Below are positions 63,182-64,000 of a DNA stretch of 64,000 nt, in pieces; within the stretch, counting starts at the first letter, position 1, and each line of letters begins with the position of its first letter. Position numbers and translations under genes: made by a program. The stretch comes from an uncultured Armatimonadia bacterium (GTDB taxonomy: Bacteria; Armatimonadota; Zipacnadia; CAVVLO01): the NCBI GenBank assembly GCA_963749155.1, contig CAVVLO010000002.1, positions 608,001 through 672,000 on the forward strand, in the 5' to 3' direction. A model generated the notes under the pieces. That model worked only from the letters and a program-made list of their open reading frames with translations. It was not told where the DNA came from and did not search any database.

Positions 63182-63911
63182 CGGACTCTCCAAGCCCGAC
63201 AGCCTCCTTCAGCGCGGCGACTTCAGCCTCGGTCAAAGGCCGCCAGCCGCCAAGCTGCAACTCGCCAAGTTCAACAGGCCCGTGAGTAACACGTTTGAGG
63301 CCTTTTACCTTGTGGCCGAGGGCGCCCATCAGGCGACGCACCTCCCGGTTGCGGCCTTCTTTTAAGGTAATAAGCACGACGCTATCGCTTTCGGCCTTGC
63401 GTACAGGGATAACCCGAACCGGTTTGGCCATACCGTCTTCCAGCATAATCCCCTTGCGCAGATCGCGTATCTCGGCATTCGTGAGGCGGTGAGGCAGAGT
63501 GACCTCGTAGGTCTTCTCGACCTCCCAGGTAGGGTGAGAGAGCCGATGGGCAAGCTGGCCGTCATTGGTGTAGAGCAAGAGTCCACTTGACCACATATCC
63601 AGGCGGCCGACGGAGTTCAGATGGCGAAGATGGGGAGGCAACAGATGCAAGGCAAGGGGCCGGCGTTCGCCTTCATCACGCCTGGTGGAGACGTGACCGG
63701 GGGGTTTGTGGACCGCCGCGTAGGCAAAGACCAGGTTCAGCTTGATGCGCTTGCCCTTGAACCGCACCTCGTCTTTGTCGGGGTTTACCTGGGTACCCAG
63801 CTCAGTGACTACCTGGCCGTTTACCTCGACGAGGCCTGCGGTTATCAGGGTCTCGGCTCGCCTGCGACTCGCGATCCCCGCCTGTTGCAACACTTTTTGC
63901 AGCCTTAACAT
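63171..63911 (-). CDS. rluB: rRNA pseudouridine synthase, RluB/RsuA family with S4 domain
   Basis: RLQKVL..GIASRR.AE.LI, HKPPG, VGRLD..SSGLLLYTNDG, EKTY, EGRNREVRRL. Confidence 0.9.
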   Translation of the reverse strand: MLRLQKVLQQAGIASRRRAETLITAGLVEVNGQVVTELGTQVNPDKDEVRFKGKRIKLNLVFAYAAVHKPPGHVSTRRDEGERRPLALHLLPPHLRHLNSVGRLDMWSSGLLLYTNDGQLAHRLSHPTWEVEKTYEVTLPHRLTNAEIRDLRKGIMLEDGMAKPVRVIPVRKAESDSVVLITLKEGRNREVRRLMGALGHKVKGLKRVTHGPVELGELQLGGWRPLTEAEVAALKEAVGLGESDGA

Positions 63912-63999
63912 AGCCAACTAGCAGCACTCCCACGACAATTAACAGACCGGCCAGCAGAAAGGGCCAGACTGCGATCAGTTTTGCCCACCAGACAAGTTC
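63802..63999 (-). CDS. 3' end of a membrane protein (5' partial)
   Basis: Open frame from the window edge, ELVWWAKLIAVWPFLLAGLLIVVGVLLVGYVK.., overlapping the rluB start. Confidence 0.35.
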   Translation of the reverse strand, partial: ELVWWAKLIAVWPFLLAGLLIVVGVLLVGYVKAAKSVATGGDRESQASRDPDNRRPRRGKRPGSH

Positions 64000-64000
64000 G

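Noticed and set aside
1..64000. CRISPR array, rRNA, intact IS or prophage, riboswitch
   Set aside because: I found no regularly spaced repeats, no transposase or phage motifs, and no recognisable riboswitch consensus by eye. An Rfam scan was not possible.

Overview
A gene-dense, moderately GC-rich bacterial chromosome segment. TolC, NfnAB, a Re-citrate synthase, many secreted carbohydrate-active proteins and an FhaA/RodA/PBP/PknB cluster suggest a diderm anaerobe; an Armatimonadota-like lineage is my inference only. Left to right: a partial D-lyxose isomerase-family gene; a probable decayed island at tRNA-fMet (DUF4062-like relic, a 1257-aa secreted Ig/HEXXH/FecR protein, a recombinase-like stub reading into the tRNA); a TCA-branch operon (Re-citrate synthase, LeuCD-type hydratase, isocitrate DH, malate DH, MBL hydrolase, two-subunit fumarase) headed by a polyprenyl synthase; nucleoside hydrolase, DegT aminotransferase, TPR-HEXXH protein and AEC transporter; an uncharacterised membrane module (about 1530-aa degenerate-M28/PA/FtsX fusion, an OPT-like transporter and a soluble protein); SOD, discoidin protein, rsmI, cation antiporter; an AbrB-TolC-MFP-RND operon; gdh-nfnAB; a four-gene glycoside-hydrolase block bracketed by two copies of a REP-like repeat; fhaA-FHA-rodA-pbpA-pknB; an orphan 77-aa membrane protein with its own promoter and terminator; a probably leaderless radical SAM gene plus pgeF; a sugar nucleotidyltransferase, a BtuF-like lipoprotein, a GT-C-like membrane protein and rluB. 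I found 17 frameshifts in 13 genes, mostly single-base insertions in short homopolymers, which most likely reflect long-read sequencing error. Affected genes are reported as reconstructed full-length CDSs. All family assignments come from motif recognition, not database searches.
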